Source: Hypanus sabinus (lineage: Eukaryota). From it: DNA of 64,000 nt. Location of the stretch: contig NC_082706.1 of the NCBI RefSeq assembly GCF_030144855.1, forward strand, positions 129,456,001 to 129,520,000. The letters run 5' to 3'. The notes beneath the pieces were generated by a model, which made no database searches, was not told the origin of the DNA, and saw only the letters and a list, made by a program, of their open reading frames with translations. Position 1 is the first letter of the stretch. Each line of letters opens with the position of its first letter. This document shows positions 12,475 through 25,395 of the stretch, piece after piece. The translations under genes were made by a program, and so were the position numbers.

Positions 12475-13513
12475 GCTGTGATTTCATTTTGCACTTTTAT
12501 TCAATGCAGATTAACATTATTCACTCCTACAAAGAGCCCACTAGCTGCTTCTAAAACTTGAAATAATTCATGGCATTACATTATTTAGTATTTCATTGGA
12601 TTAACACTGAGGCCATAATGCATCTTTTAAAATAAGTAGGTGTTTTCTCCCAACATGATACTGTGTGCATTTAAGAACAATTTTCAAGTACCTTGATTTA
12701 ATTTGAAGCTTTTTATATAAGGGAATAATAAACAGACAACTGTGTAAATCAGAACATGTTTAAACCACATTATAATGATTTAGTTATAATCTTATTGCCC
12801 AAATGCACTTTTGAAAAATGTGATTTTAGAATATACATTAAGCATTTACAAAAAATTAATTATGCAAGAGGTTAAGAATACACTAGTAGAAACATCTGTT
12901 GCCTTAGAATATAAATAATGCCAAACCTACATCTAGATTTTCAATAAAGCAACTGAATTCAAGTGCCACACAACATCCAGAGCAGAAACATTACTATTTT
13001 CATAGAAATTGGACAATTTTTACTTGTATCCTTATAAGCAAAAATAAAATGAGGAGGTAGTATTTTCAAAACTACCATACTTAACAAGTTTCTTTTTTTC
13101 TTGGCCATCATTTGTTTTTACAGCTCTAGAGTTTGCATGTTGAAACTTCTGATTTTAAATATACAAGTAATTTCTCAATTTTCTATTTAAAATTACCTTC
13201 CAGAGTTACCCAAGACACAGTCACCAGGAGGAGAATGCCGCAGATGATGTTACTTGGCAAACTATGTACATTTTTTACAGTGCGAGCTGGATAAAATCTT
13301 CCATCATAATAAAGTGCTGTTACTGTGTGCAGTAGATGCTACTCGTTCCATGCCTGCAATTGACTGGAGGGAGTTCAAAGTGGAAAGTTCATACTGACAC
13401 CTTCGCCAGAGGAACAGTATTTAGCCAGCCATTAAAATGTGCCAAGTAAATAAACTGTCTGAATGAAGAAAAAAACTCTATTTACTGAGTTTTCCATTGG
13501 TCATAGACTGTGC
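12475..13513 (-). other. APCDD1: Probable APCDD1 3' UTR
   Basis: About 1 kb of AT-rich, repeat-free sequence after the stop. First minus-strand AATAAA I found is at 12501-12496; ATTAAA at 12702-12697; Pumilio-type TGTACATA at 13270-13263. Confidence 0.6.
12496..12501 (-). terminator. Candidate APCDD1 polyadenylation signal AATAAA
   Basis: TTTATT on the plus strand, at the end of the unique AT-rich tract just before transposon sequence starts. Confidence 0.5.
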
Positions 13514-13972
<459 letters not shown>

Positions 13973-14053
13973 TTAAATTGTTATAATGAACACTTACTAT
14001 TAAACAATATCCCTCCATATTCACATCTATCCATGTTACATTAGCTGGCAACT

Positions 14054-14097
14054 CTTTTCAAATACTTTTCAAAAACTTTTTAAAAACTTTTCAAATA
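14054..14097. repeat. 11-bp minisatellite x4 (cttttcaaaWa)
   Basis: cttttcaaata cttttcaaaaa ctttttaaaaa cttttcaaata. Confidence 0.85.
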
Positions 14098-16353
14098 GTG
14101 TCATAAATATTTTCTTAGATGTATTTTTGTGCTCATCAAAATAAGGAATTTTAAGTGAGAATTGAAATTCTTTCCTTTACAGGCTGACCCAGTAATGAAC
14201 ATCTGACCTATGGAACTAGTGATCAAGCTCCTTTCATATTATTAAATTCAAAAATCTCATGTACATTCAATACTTTGAATGGAAAACCTAGCTTTCTCAC
14301 ACTCTACTTTTAGTAATTCTTCTTTATCAGTTTTATGTGTTTTTGATGCCATTTCTTGCAAAATGTTGAGGTATGGTTACCTTACAGAGTGATTTTTGTA
14401 TATTTTTGACATACAGATGACCATCAATATGAACATTTATATAAATGGAACCCATTGCTTACTGGGCTGTATTGAGTCAGCCTCAAGGAATACTATGATT
14501 CAGTTTTCAATTAAAATTGTATAGGCAACGTCTTAATAATGGCAGTGAAGTGAGAATGCTTTAAATAGGAGGTTTTCCCTCTCAGGAATGTACATCTTTA
14601 TTCTACATGCAAAGGCCAAAGCAAATGATATTCTGCAGATGGCCAGGAATAAAGCACAGTAGAATGTCTGTCTTTTCAAGCACAGAATGAGCAAACATCT
14701 TGTTTCGCTTTAAGAAATATATTGCACTACAGGTAAATTTACGTTGTTAGATTGTGCATTCCTTAGCCTTCCTGAATGCAGACCCTCATCAACTATTAAG
14801 ACAGTGACTGACACAGAACAAACTCAAAAGTTGGGAAATTAAATAACACATCTTAGGAGTGCATTAAGGACATAAAACTTAACAATGCCAAATATAAAAA
14901 TGGTGTCTTGCGCAACTGGACACAAAATGATACTTTTATTTTAAGTAGGAAAATGGATAAGTTATCAGTAAAGAATATAAATACTGCAAATAATGGAAAT
15001 CTCAAATAAAAACAGGAAGTGCTGAAAAAACACAGCTGCTAAGTCCATATCTCTGTAGAGAGAAACAGTTAATGTTTCAATCAGTAATATTTCATCTCTC
15101 TCTCTTCCTCTCTTTCTTTTCAAGAGGAAGAACCCTGAACTCCCAGCCTCATCACTATCCAGAAACCTGGGACAGTCCAAACATTCTTCTGAAAGATGTA
15201 ACTTGGCTGGAACCATGCCTCCGTGTAAAGACTAAACACTTAAGGTCCTGCCTAGTACTGGGAATGTTGTGATTGTCTACATTCAGGTAAAACAACAGTT
15301 CGCTAGCTAGGATGAATGTCCATGGAGTCTAACTTTTCCTCTTCACCACAAACTTTTCAATACCTTGTTCAAGGATTCTATCAGAATACCTCGTGATCTT
15401 GATTTTCCATCCAGGCCATCTCAAAAAATACCAATGAGTCCACCTTATTGATGTGTGGATATGGCATCACACCATAATCTAACTGTGCAATAAGAAATTT
15501 TTTTTCCTGGCAGCTTTTACACAGCTAGGTGTACTTTTATAAATCTCAGATATTTTCATGATCATTAGTTACACTTGTTATTTTACTCACTTGCTTTTTA
15601 GAATACCCTCTGTAATGGTTGGATATGAAGTCAAGATACAAAACCAGTAACAACCAAACCACACTGCTCCTGAATCCAGCAGATGGATTGTTCACCCAAT
15701 TTATAGAACCCAACTTATTTTGAATTGATTTTATGACAGATGGGAAACCAGTTAACTTGTAAAGTGGTAAAAATAAAAAAAACTTGGATCAAAATCTTGG
15801 AGGGTATTACTGAGACCTGCTGTTTTGTCTTTTTTCTTACATTCATGGAAAGATAGAGGCAAGAGAGCAATAGATGTCTGAAGCAGGTAACCCTGGGCTG
15901 GTTGACCTCTATCATCAATTCAAGACTTTTACTGTCTTGCGTTTGCACATTATGAAGCAATTTAATTCACCAGATTTAGTTTCCTTAATCAAAAAAATAG
16001 TTGCTAGTTAATCAGTTCTGCCTTGATATTTTTAACTTAGTTTTACCAGATCATAGCTGTTTTAACAAAAGATAGAGCAAATAATAACTACATCAAATTC
16101 GATGGATTCAAATTCAAGGATGGAATGGTGACAGCTGTGTCATGAATGGGGGTTCAATAGATTCCATCAATTTCACAGAGTTATCCAGCACAGCAGCCAG
16201 CCCTTTGGCTCATCAAGTACAATCTGACCATCAACATTCATCTATACTAATCCATTCACCAGCACTTGGTCCAAAGCCTTCCATTTAAATGGCAGCTCAA
16301 GAGCTTGTCTCAAATATTTCTTAAGTTTAATGAGAGTAGCTGCTTCAAATTAC

Positions 16354-16675
16354 CTTTAAACACAAATTCTGTTCCTCCCATTACTTTTGTAGATGGAATT
16401 CCATGGCTGTATCGGCCTCTGGCATAGATGGTGAAAGTTGGGTGCTTGCACACCGGGTCTGAGAAATGATAGTAATGTCCTTCCCATGTGTTGTTGTTGT
16501 CATGAAATATGAAGTGACGGGTGAGAAAGAGCACCTCAGGCCGCACCTCACAACGTTGACTCACCCAGTGGCCATGTAGTCCCACAGGCAGGTCTGCCTT
16601 CGGGGGTAAAATAGGAGGGTGAAACTCATTGGATTGGTAAATTATGCGACAGGCCACACAGGTATGGTCATGGTT
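16354..16675 (-). CDS. APCDD1: APCDD1 coding exon 4 (322 nt)
   Basis: [13 protein letters not shown]...[11 protein letters not shown]...[45 protein letters not shown]...MGGTEFVFK. Acceptor tttcag, donor AAAG/gtaatt. Confidence 0.97.
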
Positions 16676-17374
16676 CTGAAACAAGAGAAGCAGAAATGTC
16701 AGGCTGCATGTAGAGGAACAGAATTAAGTATATATTAAATTTCTGTGCACAAATGCAAATAGAAAAACATGTCTGGTAATTTTAAAATAAACCTGGATAA
16801 AAAAGAGGGTAGATAATACTATTCTTGATATGAATGTTGACTGTTTATTATTTGATAAATGCAGATGTTTTATTTCTGTTAAGTTTACCTTTAATATTTT
16901 AAACTAAATAGCTTTAGTTCATATACGTCACAACCTGACAACAGTTCTCCAGTATTTTCCAGTTAAGATAGAGTTAAGACACGGTTTTTGTTTACTGGGT
17001 GGCTTGGGTGTCTACAGAGTATTTGTCCGTCAGCTGTCTTGCTGTAAGAATATACACATTTCAATTTAATCATAGACCCCATGTTTCATAGATGACAGAA
17101 GACAATTTGACCAATCAAAATTCTTGCTCTTGTAGCAATCCCAACAATTCTGTTCATCCAGCCATATCCCTGCAACTTAGTCCCTCTCACATGCCACTCT
17201 GAATCTATTGCTGCTCAATTACACCAGGGCTAATATACAACAACCTGCCAACCAGCTCAAATTTAGGATGGGTGTGAAAAGCAGAGTGGCTTGGGAAATG
17301 CACATGGCCTCATAGATAACTTGCAAACTCCATGCAGGCAGCATTTTAATTACTGTGCTGCCTTAATGACCTAA

Positions 17375-17453
17375 CAGGGGTTCCCAACCTTTTTTATGCC
17401 ATGGACCTTTACCATCAACCAATGGGTCCATAGACCCCAGGTTGGGAGTCCTG
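17375..17453. mobile_element. hAT/Charlie-type MITE
   Basis: TIRs CAGGGGTTCCCAACCT / AGGTTGGGAGTCCTG; no clear TSD. Confidence 0.7.
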
Positions 17454-17924
17454 ATAAGCCAAAAACAAAGGCATGGTATAAAAGCAAAGTTGTCTTATTA
17501 CAGGAGGCTTGAAATATGGGTATTGGTTTTGATTTATTATTGTCACATGTACCAAGGTTCATAAAGATTGAAAATAGTACATTGAGCAAGAAAAAGGTAA
17601 AACACTAACAATACAGAATAAAGTGTAAAAGCTACAGAGGAAGTGCAGTGCACTCAATAATATGCAAGGTTATATTGAGGTTGATTGTGAGACCAAGAGT
17701 CTATCTTATCATACAAGAGGTGTGTTCAAGAGTCAGATAACAGCGGGAGAGAAGATATCCTTTGCCTGGTGTTATGTGCTTTCAGGCTTTCGTATCTATT
17801 GCCTGATGGGAGAGAGAAGACATTGGACAAACTTGGGTTGTTTTCTCTGGTTCAATGGAGGCTGTGGGGTGATCTAATAAATGTTTATAATATTATGATA
17901 TTATAATATAATAAGATGCATCGA

Positions 17925-20790
17925 CAGGCAGGGGGTGGTATTGTTATGCTCTTAAAATTTCAGATCAAATCATTTGAAAGAGGATTGGACAGTGTTGAAT
18001 CATTGTGGGTAGAGCTAAGGAACTGAAAGGGTAAAATGACCCCGATGGGAGTTATATTCAGACCCCCAAATAGTTGTAAGGATGTGGCCTAAAAATAACA
18101 AAGGGAGATAGAAAATACATGCCAAAAGGGCAATATTATGTTAGTCAAGGGGGATTTCAATATGCAGGTAGATGAGAAAATCAGGTTGGTGCTGAATTCC
18201 AGGAGGGAGAGTTTCTACAGTGCCTATGAGAAGGCTTTTCGAGCAGCTCATAGTTGAACCCATTAGAGGATCAGCTACTCTGGATTGGGTGTTCTGCAGA
18301 GAACCAGAATTAATGAGAGCTTAAGGTAAAAGAACCCTTAGGAGAAAGTGATCATAATATAATCAAATTCATCCTGAAATTTGAGAAGGAGAAGCTAAAG
18401 TCAGATGTATTTACAGTGCAGTAAAGGAGATTACAGAGGCATGAGAGAGGAGTTGTCCAGGATTGATTGGAAATGAACACTGGCAGGGATGATGGCAGAG
18501 CAGCAATGGCTGGAATTTCTGGAAGCAATTTGAAAGGCACAGGATATATATATATACATCCCAAAGAGGAAGAAGTATTCTAAGGGCAAGATGACACAAT
18601 TGTGGCTAATGAGAGAAGTCAAAGCCTATATAAAAGCCAAAGAGAGGGAATATGATAGAACAAAAATACCCAGAAGTTAGAGGATGGGGAAGCTTTTAAA
18701 AACCAACAAAAGGCAACCAAAAAAGTTTGGTAAAGATGGAATATGAAAATAAGCTAGCCAATAATATTAAAGACAATGCCAAAAGTTTCTTCAAATATAT
18801 AAAGTGTAAAAGAGAGGTGAGAGTGGATATTGGATTGCTGAAAAATGATGCTGGAGAGGTAGTAGTGGTGGACAATGAAATGGCAGATGAATTGGATAAG
18901 TATTTTGCATCAATCTTCACTGTGGAAGACACTAACAATATGGTAGAAGTTCCAGCTGTTAGGGGGCATAAAGTGTGTGAAGTTACCATAAGTAGACAGA
19001 AGGTTCTTGGGAAAATGAAAGGTCTGAAGGTAGATAAATCACCTGGACCAGATAGTATACACCCAGAGAGAGATGGCTGAAGAGATCATGGAGGAATTAA
19101 TAGAGATCTTTGAAAAATCACTAAATGGTTCCAGAAGACTGGATAATTGCAAATGTCACTCCACTCTTCAAGAAGGGAAAGAGGCAGAAGACAGGAAACT
19201 ATAGGGCAGTTAGTATGACCTCAGTGGCTGGGAAGATGTTGGAGTTGATCATTAAGGATGAAGTACTTGGAGGCACATGATAAAATGGACAGTAGTCAGC
19301 ATGGTTTCCTCAAAGGAAAATCTTGCTTGACAAATTGGTTGGAATTCTTTGAAGAAATGACAAGCAGGATAGACACAAGCAACACACACAAAATGCTGGA
19401 GGAACTCAGCAGGCCAGGCAACACCTATGGGAAATAAATTACAGTCAATGTTTCAAGACAAAACCTGAAACGTCGACTGTACCCTCTTATTAGACACTGC
19501 CTGGCTCGCTGAGTTCCTCCAGCATTTTTTGTATGATACACAGATTTACAGCATCTGCAGATTTTCTCTTATTTGTGAGCAGGATAGACAAAGGAGAATC
19601 AGATGATATTGTGTATTTGGATTATTAAAGACCTTTGACAAGGTGCTGCACATGAGGCTGCTTAAGCTATGAGCCCATTGCATTGCAGGAAAGATTCTAG
19701 AATGGATAAAGCAGTAGCTGGTTGGCAGGAGGCAAGGAGTGGGAATGAAGAGAGCCTTTTCTGGCCGGCTGCTGGTGACTAGTGGTGTTCCACAGGGGTC
19801 TGTGTTAGGACTGATTCTTTTTACATTATATGTCAATGATTTAGATGATGGAATTGATGGCTTTGTTGCAAAGTTTGTAGACAATATGAAGATAGGTGGA
19901 GGGGCACATAGTTTAGAGGAACTAGAGAGGATGCAGAATTTAGACAGATTAGGAGAATGGGCAAAGAAATGGCAGATAGAATGGTGCAAGGTCTTGATAG
20001 AGTGGATGTGGAGAGGATATTTTCTGTAGTGGCAGTGTTGGGAAGTGTATGATCATGCACTTTGGTAAAAGAAAGGGTTGACTATTTTGTAAATGAGAGA
20101 AAACACAAAAAACTGAGGTGCAAAGGGACTTGTGCAGGATTCCGTAAAGGTTAATTTGCAGGTTGAATCTATGGTGGGGAAGGCAAATATAATATTAGCA
20201 TTCATGTTGAAAGTTTATAAAGCACTGGTGAGACCTCAGTTGGGGTATTGTGAATGGATTTGGGCTTCTTATCTTAGAAAGGATATTCTAAAACTGGAGA
20301 AGGTTCAAAGGAGGTTCCTAAAAATGATTCCAGGATTAAACAGCTTTAGAAACACATGAAGAGTGTTTGATGGCTCTGGGCCTGTATTCACTGGAATCCA
20401 GAAGAATGAGGGGTGACCTCACTGAGACCTATCGAATGGTGAAAGGCCTTGATAGAGTGGACGTGGAGAGGATGTTTACCATGGTGGGAGAGTCTAAGAC
20501 CAGAGGACACAGCTTCAGAATAGAGGGGCATCCTTTTAGAATGTAGATGAGGAGAAATTTCTAAAGCCTGAAAGTGGTAAATCTGTGGAATTCTTTGCCT
20601 CAGGCAGCTATGGAGACTGTCTTTATGTATATTTAAGGCAGAAGCTGATAGATTCTTGTTTGGTCAGGGCATGAGGGGATACAGGGATAAGGCAGAAGAT
20701 TGGTGCTGAGAGGAAAATTGGATCAACCATGATGAAATAATGGAACAGACGTGTTGGGCCAAATGGCCTAATTCTAATTATGGTCTTATG
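17925..20790 (+). mobile_element. Long decayed CR1 ORF2 (endonuclease end, RT, 3' UTR)
   Basis: KSFFKYIK, LKVDKSPGPD, VTSGVPQGSVLG, VAKFVDNMKIGG, YKALVRPQLGYC; tail ttatggtcttatg. Confidence 0.9.
19376..19577. mobile_element. Penelope-derived fold-back short element inserted in CR1
   Basis: Inverted arms (aaaatgctggaggaactcagc / gctgagttcctccagcatttt); perfect 13-bp TSD AGCAGGATAGACA (19363-19375, 19578-19590). Confidence 0.8.
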
Positions 20791-21056
20791 ATAGGCATAG
20801 CCCGAATCTTTGTCCCAAGTTTGAAATGTCTGAAAGCAAAGGGCATATATTTAAGGTGAGAGGGGCAGTTTCAAAGGAGATGTATGGGGCAAGTTTTTTT
20901 TACACCAAGAGTGGTGCGTGCCTGGAATGTGCTGCCAAAGTCTGTGCTGGAGGTAGATTTTATGCTTTTAAGAGGTTGTTAGATAGATGAATATACAGGG
21001 AATGGTGGGATAGAGACCATGTGCAGGCAAAAGTACTGTATTTAGTGTAATTAGGG

Positions 21057-21305
21057 GTGTGTGTGTGGGTGTGCGTGTGCGCTCTTAACTCCAGATGGAG
21101 TCGTCAGGGCACTGTCATGACAATCTTTTTGGTGATTTCTCATCGTACAGTGTGTCTTGGGCATCTGATGGAGCCTATCCCTCTCCAGGTGTTTTTTTAC
21201 AAGGTCGAGTTGCTAGCTCGACACTCAACCCAGCGAGCCAGCCGGATTCAAACTTGGGACCTCTTGCCCCACAGTCCTGTGCTGATGCCACTGCGCCACC
21301 AGCCT
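21057..21305 (-). mobile_element. tRNA-derived SINE with (CA)n-like tail
   Basis: Minus-strand A box TGGCGCAGTGG and B box AGTTTGAATCC; body gctgggttgag..tcgagctagcaactcg shared with the copy at 57938; nested in a CR1 3' fragment (20790-21395). Confidence 0.75.
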
Positions 21306-21599
21306 GTAATTAAGTGTCATTACCTTAATTAGTTGGGCACAACATTATGGACTGGTGGGCCCATTCCTGTGCTGTGCTCTTCTATGTTCTATGTCTAATG
21401 GCAGCTGATAAGGCTCCTTCCCCAGGTCATCAGCTGTCAACACCGCCATTGAACGTTACAACTAATTCAAAACATTGAAGCCAATGTTCCTCGTTCATTT
21501 TTATGTATCAGATTTAATTTGGAACAGGCCCAGTGCAGCTTGTGAGCTGGAAAGCCTGCAGAAGTCTATACTGACCCATGACCAGACCACATATATAGT

Positions 21600-22170
21600 G
21601 AATAAGGATCAAGTTTGTTATCACTGACAATGTCCTGAAATTTGTTGTTTTGTTGCAGCAGTGTTGCACAGGACTTCAACATTACTATCATTTACAATAA
21701 AAAAATGTAGTGCAAAAAATAAATAGCGAGTTAATGTTCAGGAGTTAATGGACTGTTCAGAAATCTGATGGTAGAGCAGAAAAAGCTGTTCCTAAAATAT
21801 AGAATGTAAATCTTCAGGCTCCAGTACCACCTTCCTGATGGTAGTAATGAAAAGAGGGCATGGCCCTAAAGAAGGCCCATGATGGTGGTCCCGCCTTCCT
21901 GAGGCACTGCCATTTGAAGGTGTTCTCGATGGTGGGGAGAACTGGCTGAGTTTACAAGCCTCTGCAGCCTCCTTCAATCCGGTGCAATGGAGCCTCCATT
22001 GCAGATGGTGGTGCAACATATCATAATGTTCTCTACTGTACATCTGTAGAATTTTGCTACTATCTTGGTAACATACCAAATCTCCTCAAACTCCTAATGA
22101 AGTATAGCTGCTGGTGTGCCTTCTTCACAATTGCATCAATGTGTTGGGCCCAGGATAGATCCACTGAGAT
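21600..22170 (-). mobile_element. Rex1/L2-like LINE 3' fragment
   Basis: Resembles other 3' LINE fragments in the window (FYRCTVESI..., LFSLLPSGRRYR). Confidence 0.7.
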
Positions 22171-23779
22171 GTAATGCAGGAAAAATTGGCATGATGGGCG
22201 ACAGCTTGGAAGATTGTGCCCGTGCTTGGAACTGGGCTTCCATTAAGAAACATGGGTGACTCCCAGCATTAATTCTCACATGGCAGAGGAAGTCCCTTAG
22301 CAATCCGATTGACCCTTGCTAATTGAAGCTATGATGTTTCCTCAGATACCCTGCAAGCAAAGTTAAACACCAATGCAAAAAAAAATTCTATGTGTTTTAA
22401 TCCAATGATTCAAATTATCAGTTGAGGCTTTTCATTTAACAAAAATTGACTTTGCTTGGAAATGTATCGCTGCTGATTGAAGCAAACATATGAATGTGGG
22501 AGAGGCAGCTGTTTGAACCTGCCTCCAAAATTAATTTCTTCTGAAATCAATGAAATGACTTTCTCAGCCTACGTACTAAGTGCCTCTGTCTGGTCAGATG
22601 AATTTGGAGGCAAGTATATCAAACCTCGATGCTGTTGAGTCACCACCCAACCTCTTCACCCTTCACCCCCACTCTCAATCTCCAATGCTAATAGACTGTG
22701 GGAAACAGCAAGAATCACTGGCTTTGAAGAGTTCTTTTCTTATCTAAATTAAAGACTTTTTCTTGTGCACTTATGTTTATAAGAAACATTTTATCACAGG
22801 GTCTGCAGTGCACTGGATCTGGGAATAAGTTAGCATTCCATGTCCATAACTCACTCTGCTAAAGACCAGACTAACTAATGGCAGAACTTCAAAGTTGTGT
22901 GCCGGAGAATGTCAGAGGATTCGCATGAGAATTTATGATGCCAGCTGTACTTAATGTTCATCCTCTGATTAATTCAGGATTTCCCAAAAGTTTTGCTCTT
23001 TCTTTATCCTGCTCATTTTCCTTCTATCAGTGAACTGATTGATAATTCAAGCCTATTTCTGAACTTTGTTGCACAATGCCCAGTCCTCTGGCAGCTCACC
23101 AGATTCTTCTGTGAACGGAACAAAATAAAAATACAAGAAGTGCCACAAAGTCCAGATTCTTTCACTCGATGAACACAAAGGTGAAAATTTTTGCTCCCTA
23201 ATGCTGGCCTTGTATGACAGCATCTCTAACAAGGCCAGTGTTTATTTCTCAACCTAATTGCTTAGTGAGGCTGCTGATAGAGGTCACCCTGAATCCTACA
23301 GTTCTTATGAGGTTACTTCCTCTTTGTTAATGAAAACACTCAATTCCTGGAAGTACTCAGCAGGTTAGGTGACATCTGTGGAAAGGGAAAGAGTATTGAT
23401 GTTTCAGATCGGAGATTCTTTGCTGAAATTCTTCAACTTGAAGCCATAGCTCTTCTTTCACAGATGCTGCTTGACCTCCAGCTTTTTCTGTTTTTATTTC
23501 AGATCTCTGAAACTACTGGTGTTGGACAAGAAATCCCAGAATCCAGTCAAGGTTTCGATGAAGGAACAGCAATATTATTACAAGTCCAGATGGTGTGTAT
23601 GACTACAAAAGAGACGCACACGCTATCTATTACTCCTGCCCTCCTAGGTGGGGAAGATCATAGGTCTGGAAGACACTAACAGTAGCTTAAATAAGGAAAG
23701 CAATGCATTTTGTTGATAATACACATTATAGCCAGTTAGGGTGGTGAGGGAGTGAACACTGTGCATGACTATTAAGTGA

Positions 23780-24080
23780 ATGGAGAGGGACAGTAGTGTA
23801 ACCAGTAGAGCTTCTGCCTCATATCTCTAGTGATCCCAGGTTCACTCTGGACTTGGGTACTGTTTATGTGGAATTCACCATTGTCCTTGTGACTATGCGA
23901 GCTCCACCCCTCCCCCCCCATCCCAAAGACTTGTAGGTTAGGAGAGGAATCAGTCACTTTAAATTGTTCCTAATGTATAGATAAGTGATTGAATCTTGGG
24001 GAATCAATTAGAATCTGGTGGGAATAAAGGATTCATACAGGATTATATATAAATGGATGCTTGAATTCAATGTGCCAAAA
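23780..24080 (+). mobile_element. V-domain (HE1-like) SINE, decayed
   Basis: tRNA-like head with B box ggttcactc, then V-domain-like tgtggaattcaccattgtccttgtgact. Confidence 0.55.
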
Positions 24081-24409
24081 GGCTGTATGGATGAGTATAC
24101 GAATTAGGAACAGGAATTGATCTCTCAAATCCTATGTTTGTCATTTAATGAACTCATGATTCATCTGATTATAATCTAAAGTCCAAATTCCTGTAAACCA
24201 TGATAATATTTCATCCTTGCTTCAAAAACAATCTATCTAACACTGCTTTAAAATATCTAAAGGCATTTGTTTCCTTAGAATCTCTTTCCTCGAGCGAAGA
24301 TGTCAGATACTAGAGGGCATAGCTTGCAGGTGAGAGAGGAAGGTTGAAGGGAGATATGCAGGCAGGTTCTTTTACACAAAGAGAAGTAATAATAGAAGTA
24401 GTAATGCCA

Positions 24410-25395
24410 CATTCAGTTTGCTGACGATACCACTGTCAATGGCCGAAGCAAAGGTGGTGACGAATCTGCATACAGGAGGGAGATTGAAAATCTGAATGAG
24501 TGGCGCCACAACAGCAACCTCTCACTCAGTATCAGCAAGGCCAAGGAGCTGATTATTGACTTCAGGAGGAGGAAACCAGGCATCCATGAGCCAGTTCTCA
24601 TCAGGGATTAGAGGTGGAGGGGGTCAGCAACTTTAAATTCCTTGGTGTTATTATTTCAGAGGACCAGTCCTGGACCCAGCATGTAAGATCAATTACAAAG
24701 AAAGCAAGGTAGTACCTCTACCTGCTTAGAAGTTTGTGAAGATTTGGCCTGACATCAAAAACTTGGACAAACTTCTACAGATATGTGGTGGAGAGTATAT
24801 TGAGTGGGTGCATTGCTGTCTTGTATGGAAACACTATTGCCCTTGAATGGAAAAGCCTACAAATAAAAAATAGTGGACACAGCCCAGTACATCACGAGTA
24901 AAGCCCTCCCGCCCATTGAGCACATCTACATGGAGCACTGTTGCATGAAAGCAGCATCTGTCAACAGGGTCCCCCTCTATCAAGGTCATGCTCTTTTCTC
25001 ACTGCTGCCATCAGGCGGAAAGTACAGAAACTTTAGGACCCACACCACCAGATTCAGGAACAGTTATTACCCCTCAACCATCGGGATTTTGAACCGGTGG
25101 GGGGGATAACTTCTCTCAGTTTCACTCACCCCTCACTGAACTGTTCCACAACCTATGGACTCACTTTCAAGGACTCTTCAACTCATGTTCTTGATATTCA
25201 CTGCTTAATTACTTATTATTATTTCTACTCACACAGCTGGTTGTCTATCGCACATTGATTGCTTGTCTCACTAGTTAGTGCAGTCTTTCATTGAATCTAT
25301 TATGATTATTGGATTTACCGAGTATGCCGGCAAGAAAATGAATATCAGGGCTGTATATGGTGACATATGTACTTTGATAATAAATTTACTTTGTA
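24410..25395 (+). mobile_element. Rex1/L2-like LINE 3' half
   Basis: FADDTTV...KAKELIIDFRR, HALFSLLPSGGKYR..RTHTTRFRNSYYP; 3' end ctttgataataaatttactttg. Confidence 0.85.
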
